DNA of 64,000 nucleotides from an uncultured Gemmatimonadales bacterium (GCA_963823035.1 CAWGKG010000013.1:11498-75497), one strand, 5' to 3'. Counted from the stretch's first letter, positions 51,859 through 62,385 are shown. Made by a program: numbers and translations. Notes: a model not told the origin generated them from the sequence alone.

Positions 51859-52646
51859 TCACCGCAGGGCGCCGCCGCCGGTCCAATCTCCGATGTCGCA
51901 GCGGTCGGGGTGAGCGATGCCGTAGCCGACATCACCCTGCGTGTCAGGACCTTGATCACGCCTCCCGCCCCGCCGGTTCCGTACTCCCAGCCACGGCTCG
52001 CGCCCTTCAGGATCTCCATCGAGGCCACGTCCTGCGGCCGGAAGTCGCGTAGCGCCCTCATCCCGTCCGCCACCTGTACGCCGTCGAAGACCACCACCGG
52101 CGGGTTCACGCCCTGAGCGGTCCGGATGCGTCCCTGCAGAGACGCGCCGGTACCGGGCTGCCCTCCCTCCGGACCCACCATGTCGGGCGCGAGTCGGCGA
52201 AGCGCATCGAGCAGGTTCCGCGGGTTCATCTCCAGCAGCTCCTCGCTGCTGTAGTAGGCTCCCTCGGAGCGCTTCTTCAACTGAGCGAGGGTGGGGCCCT
52301 GGCCGACCATCTCGGTGGGCACGGCGAAGGCGACCCGCTTGATCTCACCCGGCGCGAGCGTGACCTCCCCGAAGGAGACGTTGCAGCGGCCGGTGACGAT
52401 CGCGACGCGGTGGCGGCCCACGGGCACGTCCTCCACGACGTAGCGCCCCGCCTCGTCGCTGGTGACCCGCTCACCGGTATCGAAGCGGAGTTGCACGTTG
52501 GGGAAGGGCAGGCCGCTCTGGGCATCGACGGTCAGCCCTTCGAGCACCGTGGGGAGGGGCCGTGCAACCTGCTCTTGCGCGGCGAGCGTCGAGGCGACGA
52601 GAAGCGCCGGCAGGGGGCCGACCGCGATTCGTAGGGTCCGATCCAT
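51859..52646 (-). CDS. Carboxypeptidase-regulatory-like + TonB plug domain protein without barrel (frameshift near 51940)
   Basis: Signal peptide; PVVVFDGV, VASMEILKG, YGTGGAGGVIKVLTR; shifted tail GDVGYGIAHPDRC. Confidence 0.75.
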
Positions 52647-52782
52647 GGGGCTCGTGTTTCGGGAAGTGGATACGCCCCATTCTACGCTCCCGCGGGAAGC
52701 CCGTTACCCCGTGACAGGCCTGCGGACCCGTCGCTACACTTCGCACGCGTCCCACCCGAGTCCGAGCCCCCCAGGAGGCCCC

Positions 52783-53940
52783 GTGTCGCCGCGCGTCCAC
52801 GCCACCGTACCACGCCGAACGGCCGCCCTCGCCCTGGTCCTCCTGGCGGGATCGCTCGCGCCGGCCGCGGCCCAGACGTCCCTCGGCCTGGCCGAGGCGC
52901 CCGGCTACGGGCGCTGGTCCGACGCCGTCGACCGGTCCCGTCGGCTCGTGCAGGCGCACCTGGACCAACTGGGGGTTCCCGGCGCCTCCGTCGCGGTGGC
53001 CGTGGACGGCCGGGTGGTGTGGGCCGAAGGCTTCGGGCAGGCCGACGTCGAGAACCGGGTGGCCGTGACGCCCACCAGCCGCTTCCGCATCGCGTCGATC
53101 TCGAAGGCCGTGACGGCCGCGGCCGTCGCCAAGCTGGTCGAGGACGGCCGGCTGGACCTGGACGCACCCGTGCAGCGTTACGTGCCGGGCTTCCCCGAGA
53201 AGCCCCAGGGTACCATCACCACGCGGCTGCTCGCGGGTCACCTGGCCGGTGTGCGGCACTACCGCGGTCTCGAGTTCCAGAGCGCGGAGCACTACGACGA
53301 CGTGGTGGATGCGCTCGGGATCTTCGAAGACGACCCCCTGCTCTCCCCACCGGGGGAGCGGTACGCGTACTCCACCTACGGGTGGAACCTGATCAGCGCG
53401 GTCGTCCAGGGCGCCTCGGGCGAGACGTTCCTGCGCTTCGTGCGCACCGAGGTGCTCGATCCGCTCGGGCTGCGGGAGACCGTGGCGGAGTGGGGCGACA
53501 GCATCATCCTGGGTCGGGTGCGGCAGTACCGACGCTCCGCCGACGGGAGGCTCGTCAACGCGCCGTACGTCGACAACAGCAACAAGTGGGCGGGCGGGGG
53601 CTACCTGTCCACGGCCTCCGACCTGGTGCGCTACGGGTCGGCCTACCTGTCCCCCGGGTTCCTGAAGCCCGAGACCGTGCGGATGATGTGGACCTCGCAG
53701 CGCACCCGAGGCGGTGAGGAGACCGGCTACGGCATCGGCTGGTTCGTGGGGAACGTGGACGGCCGGCGCCAGGTGTGGCATACCGGAGGGGCCGTGGGCG
53801 GCAGCACGATCCTCCTGATCTGGCCCGACGCCCGCTTGGTGGTCTCGATCCTCACCAACCTCGAGAGCGCCCGTCCGACCGAGCCGGCGCGCGAGGTCGC
53901 CGCGCTCTTCGCCGCAGCCGCTTCCGGAGAAGGATCATGA
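52783..53940 (+). CDS. Secreted serine hydrolase, beta-lactamase class C/S12 family
   Basis: IASISKAV (SxxK), YSTYGW, HTGG. Confidence 0.9.
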   Translation: MSPRVHATVPRRTAALALVLLAGSLAPAAAQTSLGLAEAPGYGRWSDAVDRSRRLVQAHLDQLGVPGASVAVAVDGRVVWAEGFGQADVENRVAVTPTSRFRIASISKAVTAAAVAKLVEDGRLDLDAPVQRYVPGFPEKPQGTITTRLLAGHLAGVRHYRGLEFQSAEHYDDVVDALGIFEDDPLLSPPGERYAYSTYGWNLISAVVQGASGETFLRFVRTEVLDPLGLRETVAEWGDSIILGRVRQYRRSADGRLVNAPYVDNSNKWAGGGYLSTASDLVRYGSAYLSPGFLKPETVRMMWTSQRTRGGEETGYGIGWFVGNVDGRRQVWHTGGAVGGSTILLIWPDARLVVSILTNLESARPTEPAREVAALFAAAASGEGS

Positions 53941-54314
53941 GCATCTTCCTGCACACGAAGATGGCCATGCTGGCCTCCTTCGTCGGCCTCGCCGTGATCC
54001 TCTACGCGATCTGGTGCGCCGCGAAGAAGCGCCCGCACGACAAGGTCATGAAGCGGCTTGCCATCGGATACCGCAGCGCGATGGACCTGACGCTCTTCCT
54101 CGGGCTCGTCGTCATCATGACGCACCACGGCGGCTTCGCCACGACCCTGGGGATGCACGTCGTCGCGATGATGCTGGCCACGGTCGTCGCCCACGTCGTG
54201 CCGTCAGTCATGCGCAAGCGCCCCCAGGAGCAGCGGACGCTCCTGCCCTACGCGGTGGCCACGGCCATCTCGCTGGGGATCATGACGATGGGCATCCTCG
54301 TCATCCTGCCCTGA
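53937..54314 (+). CDS. Small four-TM membrane protein with His residues
   Basis: ATGA overlap; MSIFLHTK...MHVVAMMLATVVAHV. Confidence 0.7.
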   Translation: MSIFLHTKMAMLASFVGLAVILYAIWCAAKKRPHDKVMKRLAIGYRSAMDLTLFLGLVVIMTHHGGFATTLGMHVVAMMLATVVAHVVPSVMRKRPQEQRTLLPYAVATAISLGIMTMGILVILP

Positions 54315-54337
54315 CGGCGCCGCTCCGCTCCCCCGCC

Positions 54338-56599
54338 TCAGAACGCGAGCAGCTTCGTCACCTTCGCGGTGAGCGCCCGCTCGAGCACGCCGCTCTCGTT
54401 GCCGAGCTGCCTGCGCTCGGTGAGCACGACGAAGAAGTCCGAGAGCGGCCCGTGGATGACGTTGAAGCGCGCGTAGCTCAGGAGCTGGTCGACGTCCTCG
54501 TTGTACTGGACGTTGAGCGTGAGGAAGGCCCGGGTCGAGAAGGCGTACTTGAGCCGCCCGGAGTACACCGCGGACGTGAACGTCCCCTCCGGCAGCTCGA
54601 TGCGGTTGTAGTCGGCGGAGCCCGTCACCGCGAAGTGGTGGCTCGCCAGCCAGCGGAAGCCGCCCCCCACCGATCGGCGATCCCCTTCGTAGTACCCGCC
54701 GCCGCTCACCGAGACGTCCGCGGAGAACGGCCGCCCGGCGGACGACTGGAACTTGATGGAGGCCTCGTCGAAGTCGTAGCCCCCGGTCGGGATCGTCCCC
54801 CCGCTCACGTCGAAGGGCTCCTCCACCAGCTCGTAGTTGCGAGCCACCGTCCCGGTCAGCGTGGCGCCCGACGTGAAGTCGACGGCGATCCCTCCCCCGA
54901 CCTCCCGCGTCACGAGCGTGTCCCCGAGGTTCGAGTAGTGATGGATCTCGACGTACGGGTTCACCTCCTGCACGAACGAGATGCCCGGACGGGGGTGCAC
55001 GCCCACGGTGGCGTACGTGTGCTCGATGTTCGTGCGCCGTACGAAGCCGACGGCCGGGTTGAAGTCGTCACCGATGCGCCGCCAGAGGGCCGACACGTCC
55101 CAGAAGCGGTCGCGCCAGGCGGCGCCGAAGCGCGTGGCGGTCTGGTCCCCGGCGGCGCCCGGCGTCTCCGTTCGTGCCGCGTACGAGCTGAGGATGAGCG
55201 CCCCCAGGAGGTGGACGTTGGCGTCCACGCCGTAGCTGCGGTTGCCCGGCGCGTCGCTCCCGCCCATCGCGGACCGGTCGATGAACATGGCGCCGACGTC
55301 GGAGTTCGCGACTTTCCTGCGCACGCGCAGCACCGCGAAGTTCTCGGCCGGCAGTCCCTCGGAGGACTCGGTGCGCATGTCCAGCATGCCCACGTCCCAC
55401 TTCCCGACGCCGCCGCTCATCCTCCCCCCTGCCAGGATCGGCACCGGGCTCCCGCCCGTCAGTCCGATCCTGCGCGAGTGGAAGAGGGTGAAGTCGTGCA
55501 GCGAAGCGCCCTGACGGTACTCGCGCTCGGTCTGGTCGCCGAAGTTGAACTTCCCCGAGTTCTCGACGAAGAAGTCACGCTGCTCGGGAAAGAAGATCGG
55601 GAAGCGCGTCAGGTTCACCCGCTCCTGGTCCACTTCGACCTGTGAGAAGTCCGTGTTGTACGTCAGGTCGAGCGTCAGCCCCGGCGTCACGCCGTACTTC
55701 ACGTCGAAGCCCGCGTCGGCGCTGCCACCGACCTGTCCCGGCTCGACGTTGTCGCCGCGCTGGTCGGCGGCCACCACGTACGGCTTCGCCGTCAGGTTCT
55801 TGACCGAGGGAATGCCCTGGATGCCCCGGAGCGTGCCGGCCTTGGACATCCGGTGCGCCGCGTCGCGCCGCTGCAGCGGCGCCCAGTACGAGTCCTCGTT
55901 GATGCGGCGCACGCGGCGCAGGAGGTTCATCCCGAACGCCTGCTCGGCGCGCCCCGCGTCATAGCGGATGGCGGACCAGGGGATCCGCATCTCCAGGCTC
56001 CACCCGTCGTCGAGGAGGGCGGTCCTCACGTCGACGGGGACGTCGAAGCCGAAGTCCTCGCTGCGGCTGTCGTCGAACGTCTGGCCGTCCCGGTACGCGC
56101 CGTACGGATTCACGAGGAACATGATCGAGTTCCTCCGGTCCAGGAACGTGTCGAGCGTGATGCCGAAGATGTCCGCATCGCGCGTCGACAGCGACGGGAA
56201 GTCCCGCTCCAGGCTCTGCACGACGTACTCGCCGGCGTGCGAATCGTACAGCATCGCGCCCAGGTAGAGCGCCTGGTCGTCGTAGAGGAGACGCACCTCC
56301 GATCGCTCGGTCGCGAGCCGCCCGGCTTGCGGCTGTGACTGCACGAAGTCGGTGAGCAGCTCCGCGCTCGCCCACACCTCCTCGTTCAGGAGTCCGTCGA
56401 TGTTCGGCGCCTCCGGCGTGCGGGTCGCGTACCCGGTCGGGCGCGGATACGCCTCCGGGTCGTCGAGCGACCCCCGCTCGGGATAGGCGACTCCGCCTCC
56501 CGCCGATTGCTGGCCGAGGAGCGGGGGCGGGTGGGAAACCGCCAGGGCGCCCAGGAGGAGCAGGACAGGGCGGAGGGGCGGGGGCAGGCGACGGGGCAT
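54338..56599 (-). CDS. CBM9-like + DUF5916 outer-membrane protein
   Basis: IDGLLNEEVW, LDLTYNTDFSQVEVD, FFPEQRDFFVE, LFHSRRIG; C-terminal Phe. Confidence 0.88.
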   Translation of the reverse strand: MPRRLPPPLRPVLLLLGALAVSHPPPLLGQQSAGGGVAYPERGSLDDPEAYPRPTGYATRTPEAPNIDGLLNEEVWASAELLTDFVQSQPQAGRLATERSEVRLLYDDQALYLGAMLYDSHAGEYVVQSLERDFPSLSTRDADIFGITLDTFLDRRNSIMFLVNPYGAYRDGQTFDDSRSEDFGFDVPVDVRTALLDDGWSLEMRIPWSAIRYDAGRAEQAFGMNLLRRVRRINEDSYWAPLQRRDAAHRMSKAGTLRGIQGIPSVKNLTAKPYVVAADQRGDNVEPGQVGGSADAGFDVKYGVTPGLTLDLTYNTDFSQVEVDQERVNLTRFPIFFPEQRDFFVENSGKFNFGDQTEREYRQGASLHDFTLFHSRRIGLTGGSPVPILAGGRMSGGVGKWDVGMLDMRTESSEGLPAENFAVLRVRRKVANSDVGAMFIDRSAMGGSDAPGNRSYGVDANVHLLGALILSSYAARTETPGAAGDQTATRFGAAWRDRFWDVSALWRRIGDDFNPAVGFVRRTNIEHTYATVGVHPRPGISFVQEVNPYVEIHHYSNLGDTLVTREVGGGIAVDFTSGATLTGTVARNYELVEEPFDVSGGTIPTGGYDFDEASIKFQSSAGRPFSADVSVSGGGYYEGDRRSVGGGFRWLASHHFAVTGSADYNRIELPEGTFTSAVYSGRLKYAFSTRAFLTLNVQYNEDVDQLLSYARFNVIHGPLSDFFVVLTERRQLGNESGVLERALTAKVTKLLAF

Positions 56600-56765
56600 G
56601 GCGGCCTTCGGGGTGGGCAGCGGTTCGAAGGCGCCTAAGAGAACGGGGGGCACCCGTCGGCGCCAGCATCCCCGGATGGTGTCAGGCGGACGGCCCGTCG
56701 GTTGACCTCGGGGGGTCTGCGCACCGAGCTTGCGACGACCTGCCCGGCACCCTCTCCGATCGCGC

Positions 56766-57956
56766 ATGCCATCTCCCGGAGATCTCGCTCCGCTCGAGGA
56801 GCCAGCAGAACCACTCCATCCGCCGGGCCACACCGACCTCGGTCTGGTCATGGGCGGCGGCGGCGCCCGCGCCGCGTACCAGGTGGGTGTGCTTCGCTTC
56901 CTCGCACGCCGGTTCCCCGAGCTCCACGTCCCCTACATCACCGGTGTGTCGGCGGGGGCGATCAACGCTGCCCTGCTCGCGTCGCACCACGGGACGCTCC
57001 TCCAGGCGGTCACAGAGCTGACCGAGCTGTGGGGACGCCTCACGATCGAGGACGTCTTCCGGGTGGACGGCCGTTCGCTGGCGTGGAACGCGGTCCGCTG
57101 GGCACGCCAGCTGGCGTCCGGAGGTCTGGCCGGCCCGCCGCGCGTGCGCGGCTTCGTGGATACGGAGCCCCTGCGCCGGTATCTGTCCGAGGTCCTGCAC
57201 GCCGTCGGCGGCGAGCTGACCGGAGTCCGCTACAACCTCGAGAGGGGACGCCTCCGGGCGGTCGCCATCAGCACCTCCAACTACTCGACCGGTCAGTCGG
57301 TGACGTGGGTGCAGGGGTCGGACATCCATGAATGGGAGCGTCCCCAGCGCAGGGCGCGCAACACGACGCTCACCGTCGAGCATGTGATGGCGTCCGCGGC
57401 ACTCCCCCTCTTCTTCCCGGCGGTCCGCCTCGACAGCGGCTGGTTCGGGGACGGCGGCATCCGGCTCACGGCTCCGCTGTCGCCGGCGCTGCACCTGGGC
57501 GCGCGCCAGGTCCTCGCCATCTCCACGCGCTACGCTCGCTCGACGGCCGAGGCGAACGAACCGTCCGTCCACGGCTATCCGCCGCCGGCTCAGGTGCTCG
57601 GCGTCCTGATGAACTCGATCTTCCTCGACCTCCTGGACGCGGACGCGCTCCGCCTCGAGCGGCTCAACCACCTCCTCGTGGCCCTCCCCGAGGAGAAGCG
57701 CGAGGGCCTGCGGCCGGTGAAGCTCCTGGTCGTGCGCCCCTCGACGGACCTCGGCATGCTGGCCAACCGCTACGAGGCACGGCTACCGCGCGCCTTCCGC
57801 TTCTTCACGCGCGGGCTCGGCACCCGCCAGACGCGCAGCCCGGACTTCCTGAGCCTGGTGCTCTTCCAGCCGGACTACCTGAAGGCGCTCATGGAGATCG
57901 GCGAGTCGGACGGGGAGGCGCGCGCCGACGAGATTGCAGCCTTCCTGGAGCGATGA
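56766..57956 (+). CDS. Patatin-like phospholipase
   Basis: GGGARAAYQVG, GVSAG, DGG. Confidence 0.92.
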   Translation: MPSPGDLAPLEEPAEPLHPPGHTDLGLVMGGGGARAAYQVGVLRFLARRFPELHVPYITGVSAGAINAALLASHHGTLLQAVTELTELWGRLTIEDVFRVDGRSLAWNAVRWARQLASGGLAGPPRVRGFVDTEPLRRYLSEVLHAVGGELTGVRYNLERGRLRAVAISTSNYSTGQSVTWVQGSDIHEWERPQRRARNTTLTVEHVMASAALPLFFPAVRLDSGWFGDGGIRLTAPLSPALHLGARQVLAISTRYARSTAEANEPSVHGYPPPAQVLGVLMNSIFLDLLDADALRLERLNHLLVALPEEKREGLRPVKLLVVRPSTDLGMLANRYEARLPRAFRFFTRGLGTRQTRSPDFLSLVLFQPDYLKALMEIGESDGEARADEIAAFLER

Positions 57957-57978
57957 CCTTCGGCGGCTCGGCGCCCCC

Positions 57979-58374
57979 TCAGCGCCCCGGAGCGGGGGTG
58001 GGTGGCGTGATCTCGATCGCCAGTTGGCGGCTCAGCGTACCCTGGGTGGCGTCCTCCACGATCCCCGTCACCTGATACTGGCCGGGGGCATCGTACGTGT
58101 GCAGGCGGCGCCCCTTCGCGGACTGTGCGCCGTTGGTCGGGACGGAGTCGAGCGCGGTGCCGTCCCCGAAGTCGAGGATCACGCCGTTCAGGAACGACCC
58201 GTGCACGTCGTAGCTGAACTCGATCTCCGTGCCGACCGCCGCGGAGGTGTGGCTCGCCGTGAGCACGAGGTCGAGCGGCCCACCTCCCTCCACGGATAGG
58301 TCGGAGCAAGCCCACGCCAGCAGCGCGGCGCCGACGGCGAGCGCCGCGCCGGTCCTTCGTGTCGTGATCTTCAT
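57979..58374 (-). CDS. PKD-domain lipoprotein
   Basis: Lipobox LAWAC; LDFGDG and HTYDAPGQYQV. Confidence 0.8.
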   Translation of the reverse strand: MKITTRRTGAALAVGAALLAWACSDLSVEGGGPLDLVLTASHTSAAVGTEIEFSYDVHGSFLNGVILDFGDGTALDSVPTNGAQSAKGRRLHTYDAPGQYQVTGIVEDATQGTLSRQLAIEITPPTPAPGR

Positions 58375-58480
58375 TGGCCGAGGAGAAAGGAGGGATGGAA
58401 GTCGCATACGGGGAATCTGTCACGGAATCGCCGAACCACGGTATCCATGAGGTAGACGCAGTGCCACCCGGGAGGAGCGA

Positions 58481-59257
58481 ATGAAAGCGCGGCATTGGCC
58501 CATCGTGGCGATGAGCGGGGCCCTCGTTCTCCATGCGGGGAGCGTCGCGGGGCAGGAGAACGGTCGGCTTGTGGGCATCGTGATCTCGGAGGGACGCGGC
58601 ATCCCCGTGCCCGGGGCGCTCGTCGCGCTCGACGCAGGCATCCAGACCACGGCCGATGAAGAGGGGGTGTTCCTCCTCGACGCCGTGCCAGCGGGTCCGT
58701 ATCGCATCGCGGCGGTCGCACCCGGGTGCGACGTGGGACTCGGGGAGGTGCAGGTCGAGAGCGGCAGGGAGATCCGCGTCCGCTTGACCGTCCAGCTCTC
58801 CCCCGACGCCGAGGACCGGATGGCCGCGTGGACGCTCGGCACGCGCTCGCTCGGCGAGTCCGTGAAGACGCTCACCGCGGAGCAGATGTCGAAGCGGCAC
58901 GTCCAGACCATCCAGGACGCGCTGCGCGTCATCGCGCCCGACATGGTCGGCGGGGAGACCAGCCAGGTCGGGGGCCGCGCCGCGCTGCGCAATCGCGGGG
59001 CGCCGACGATCGTCGGAAGCGCGGAGCCGCTCGTCATCGTCGACGGCATCCCGATCCCGCAGGGCTCGATCGACGCCCTCGCATCACTGAGCCCCGGCGA
59101 CGTCGAGCGGATCGAGGTGATGCGCGGAGGCGCGGGAGGGTGGCGTTACGGCCTCCAGGGTGCCAACGGCGTGGTACGCATCACCACGCGCGACGCGTCG
59201 GGAGGCTACTCGGCCGGGACGCCTCCGTCGCAGTGCTCCTTCCGCTTCCCGGGATGA
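58481..59257 (+). CDS. Carboxypeptidase-regulatory-like + TonB plug domain protein without barrel
   Basis: GGAGG SD; signal peptide; EPLVIVDGI, DVERIEVMRG, YGLQGANGVVRITTR; stop shortly after. Confidence 0.82.
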   Translation: MKARHWPIVAMSGALVLHAGSVAGQENGRLVGIVISEGRGIPVPGALVALDAGIQTTADEEGVFLLDAVPAGPYRIAAVAPGCDVGLGEVQVESGREIRVRLTVQLSPDAEDRMAAWTLGTRSLGESVKTLTAEQMSKRHVQTIQDALRVIAPDMVGGETSQVGGRAALRNRGAPTIVGSAEPLVIVDGIPIPQGSIDALASLSPGDVERIEVMRGGAGGWRYGLQGANGVVRITTRDASGGYSAGTPPSQCSFRFPG

Positions 59258-59267
59258 CGCCGCGAGG

Positions 59268-60398
59268 CTAGAGCCACCCCTTGCGCTTGAAGTAGAGCAA
59301 CATGGTGCCCCCGAGAAGCAGCATGACGCCCAACAGCGCGGGATACGCCCACCACACGTGCAGCTCGGGCATGAAATCGAAGTTCATGCCGTAGACACCG
59401 GCCATGAAGGTGAGGGGGATGAAGATGCTGGCCATGATCGTCAGCACCTTCATGACCTCGTTCGTGCGCTGGCTCATCGTCGACAGGTAGAGGTCCACCG
59501 CGCCGGAGACGACGTCCCTGAGCGCGTCCACGGTCTCCGCCACCTGCACAGCGTGGTCGTGGACGTCACGGGCGAAGATGCGCGTCTCCTTCGAGAAGTA
59601 CGCCCCCTCCGTGCGCAGGAGCTGGTTGAGCATCTCGCGCAGCGGCCAGACGGCCCGGCGCACGGAGATCAGCTCGCGCTTCAGGAGGTGCAGCCGTTGC
59701 ATGGTCCCCGACACCGGGTCCACGAGCACCTCCGCCTCCAGGTCGTCCGTGATCTCGCCAACAGCCTCGATCACGGCGAAGTAGTGGTCCACCACCGCGT
59801 CGATGAGCGCGTACGCCAGGTAGTCCGGCCCCCGTTGGCGGATGCGCCCGCGCGCGTTGCGCAGCCGTTCCCGAACGCTCTCGAATACGTCTCCGAAGCG
59901 CTCCTGGAACGTGAAGACGTACCGCTCCCCCAGGATCACGCTGAGCTGCTCCTCCTCGACCTGGGCGCGCTCGGCGTTCCAGCCGAGCATCGGCAGGACG
60001 ATGAAGACGACCCCGTCGTACTCCTCCATCTTCGCCCGCTGCCCCACGGAGACGATGTCCTCGAGCATGAGCGGGTGCCACCCGAAGCGCTCCCCCACCG
60101 CACGGATCAACTCCACGTCGTGCAGGCCATCGATGTTGATCCAACTGACCGTGGGTGAATCCTTGAAAGGGAAACACCGCTGCACGTCCTCGACCTCGGC
60201 CTCGCTGAGCTGCTCCGCGTCGTAGTCCAGGTAGCGGATGCGGAGGCGCTCCACCTTCTGGACGCCGGTGTGCACGAGGGTGCCGGGCGGCGCACCGGGC
60301 TTCTTCGTCGCGCGGCGCACCCACCGTCCCACGAGCTTCATCTGGCGCAGCGGGTTGATCGCCTTCGGGAGGAGGTGTGGAACCCGTTTCTTCGCCAT
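59268..60398 (-). CDS. corA: Magnesium/cobalt transporter CorA
   Basis: HPLMLEDI, NEVMKVLT, YGMNF signature, MPEL. Confidence 0.95.
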   Translation of the reverse strand: MAKKRVPHLLPKAINPLRQMKLVGRWVRRATKKPGAPPGTLVHTGVQKVERLRIRYLDYDAEQLSEAEVEDVQRCFPFKDSPTVSWINIDGLHDVELIRAVGERFGWHPLMLEDIVSVGQRAKMEEYDGVVFIVLPMLGWNAERAQVEEEQLSVILGERYVFTFQERFGDVFESVRERLRNARGRIRQRGPDYLAYALIDAVVDHYFAVIEAVGEITDDLEAEVLVDPVSGTMQRLHLLKRELISVRRAVWPLREMLNQLLRTEGAYFSKETRIFARDVHDHAVQVAETVDALRDVVSGAVDLYLSTMSQRTNEVMKVLTIMASIFIPLTFMAGVYGMNFDFMPELHVWWAYPALLGVMLLLGGTMLLYFKRKGWL

Positions 60399-60537
60399 CT
60401 CCGGACCCTTGCTCGAGAGGACTTCCCGCGCGGACGCGCGATGGGAAGGGGATTTGGGTAGAATACGGTCCAGCCGGCCCCATGCCCAACGCGCACGGCC
60501 CGGTGCGATCGTCGCAACCCAGCAAGCGCTCCCGCCC

Positions 60538-61471
60538 ATGAAATCGCTGCACACCCGCGCGTTCACGGTGACGGTGGTGTGGACGTTGCTGCTCCTCTTC
60601 CTCGGGAGCGTCGTCCACGCCACCCACTCGAGCCTGGCCTGCCCCGACTGGCCCACCTGCTTCGGCACACTGGTTCCGGAGATGACCGGCGGTGTGTTCT
60701 GGGAGCACCTGCACCGGCTCGTCGCCGGCGGCCTGCTCCTGATGTGGGGCCTCGCCACCTGGATCGCGCGGAGGGAGTTGGCCGCCGACCATCCGTGGAT
60801 CTTCAAGGCCTGCCTGGCCGGCATGGGCCTCCTGCTGGTCCAGTCCGTGTTCGGCGGCATCACGGTGCTCTTCAAGCTGCCCGACCTGGTGTCCACGACG
60901 CACCTCGCGCTGGCCTTCCTCTTCCTGTCGCTCGCCACCGCGCTGGCGTCGCATACCGGGTGGTCGCGAGGGGTGGGACCCCTGCGATCCACGCGTCGCC
61001 GCGGGGCTGCGCCGATGGGGAGGGGCCGTGGCGACGCTCGTCTTCGTCCAGTGCGTGCTCGGCGCCCTGGTGCGCCATACGGACGCCGGAATGGCCTGCC
61101 CGGACGCACCCCTCTGCCTGGGTCGGGTCATCCCACCGCTCGGCAACCCCCTGATCGCACTGCACTTCACCCACCGGGTGCTGGCGGTGATCGCCGCGAG
61201 CGCGGTCATCGGGCTCGCGGCGTGGACGATGCGGGTGCACGCGCCGGGGGTGGTGCGGAGCTGGGCGAGCTGGGCCGCCGTCCTCGTGCTGATCCAGATC
61301 GCGCTCGGGTTCATCTCCGTGCTCACGGGCCTCGCCGTGGTGCCGGTGTCGCTGCACACCCTCGTGGCGGCGAGCACCCTGGCGGTCCTCGTGCACGTGA
61401 CCACGGTGGGGTGGACGGCCCCGGTCGTCCACCCGTCGCCGCCCGGGCGGGTGGGCGTGACGTCCGCCTGA
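60538..61471 (+). CDS. ctaA: COX15/CtaA heme A synthase (frameshift between about 60985 and 61025)
   Basis: CPDWPTC, EHLHRL, second CPDAPLC, HFTHR, SLHT. Confidence 0.88.
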
Positions 61472-61497
61472 GGCGACTTCGAAAGGACCCATTCCGG

Positions 61498-61935
61498 ATG
61501 GATCGAGCTCAGGTCGGGGATGCCCTCGCACTCTTGAACGCGAGCCTCAACGCCACCAGCGCGGTTGCACTCGCGACCGGGTGGTTCTTCGTGCGCACAC
61601 GCCGCATCCGGCTCCACCGTGCGGCGATGCTGACCGCCCTCACGGCATCCGCGATCTTCCTGGTCTTCTACCTGACGCGCGTGGCCTTCACCGGAACCCA
61701 CCGCTTCGCGGGCGTCGGCGTGGCGAAGGTCGCCTACCTGACGATCCTCCTCTCGCACATGGTGCTGGCGGTCGCGGTGGTGCCGCTCGTGCTCCGCCTC
61801 CTCTGGCTGGTGCGCCGGCGGCGGTTCCGCGACCACGCCCGCCTGGCACGGTGGACGTTCCCGATCTGGGCCTACGTCTCCGTGACGGGGCTGGTCGTCT
61901 ACCTCCTCCTCTACCAGGTCTACGGATACCTCTGA
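61498..61935 (+). CDS. DUF420 membrane protein (CtaM/YozB-like)
   Basis: LNASLN, HRAAM, SHMVLA, HARLARWTFPIWAYVSVTG. Confidence 0.88.
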   Translation: MDRAQVGDALALLNASLNATSAVALATGWFFVRTRRIRLHRAAMLTALTASAIFLVFYLTRVAFTGTHRFAGVGVAKVAYLTILLSHMVLAVAVVPLVLRLLWLVRRRRFRDHARLARWTFPIWAYVSVTGLVVYLLLYQVYGYL

Positions 61936-62385
61936 CCCGGACGAGGGACGCCGCGTCCCCCCCTAGCCCTGGAACACCCGACGAAGGAACCCCGTCACCG
62001 CCGGAGACACGACCCCATTCCCGTCAAGCAAACGACGAGGGGCCCCTCACCCCGAACGTCGTAGGGCGATGCGGCGCCCCGGGCGGGAGAGGTAGCGAGT
62101 GGTCGAGTCTTCTGCGGTGTGATGCACTTCCGAGGCACTCCCTTCGGCACGCAACCAAGGCGATGCGGGGTCACAGCGCGCCCGCATGCCCTTGGGATCT
62201 TCAGTGGATTTCCAACGTCGAGCGATCGAGCAGCCACTGCAACCTGAGTCGCACACGCCGATGAACTGCCCACGCGGACCGAAACCGCGGGCTCGCCAAT
62301 CCAGCCCCTCGCGTCTGCCACGCCCATCCCTGGCGCCTTCCCGGTCACTGTTCCCCCCGGCCCGGTCCCCTTATCGTCCCTTGCC

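Noticed and set aside
60238..61935. CtaA-DUF420 fusion ORF
   Set aside because: The second half of CtaA is in another frame ending at 61471; the fusion comes from the frameshift
62136..62153. HSLRHA, resembling tyrosine-recombinase box II
   Set aside because: The LGH and catalytic Tyr do not follow at the right spacing and there is no other integrase sequence; likely chance
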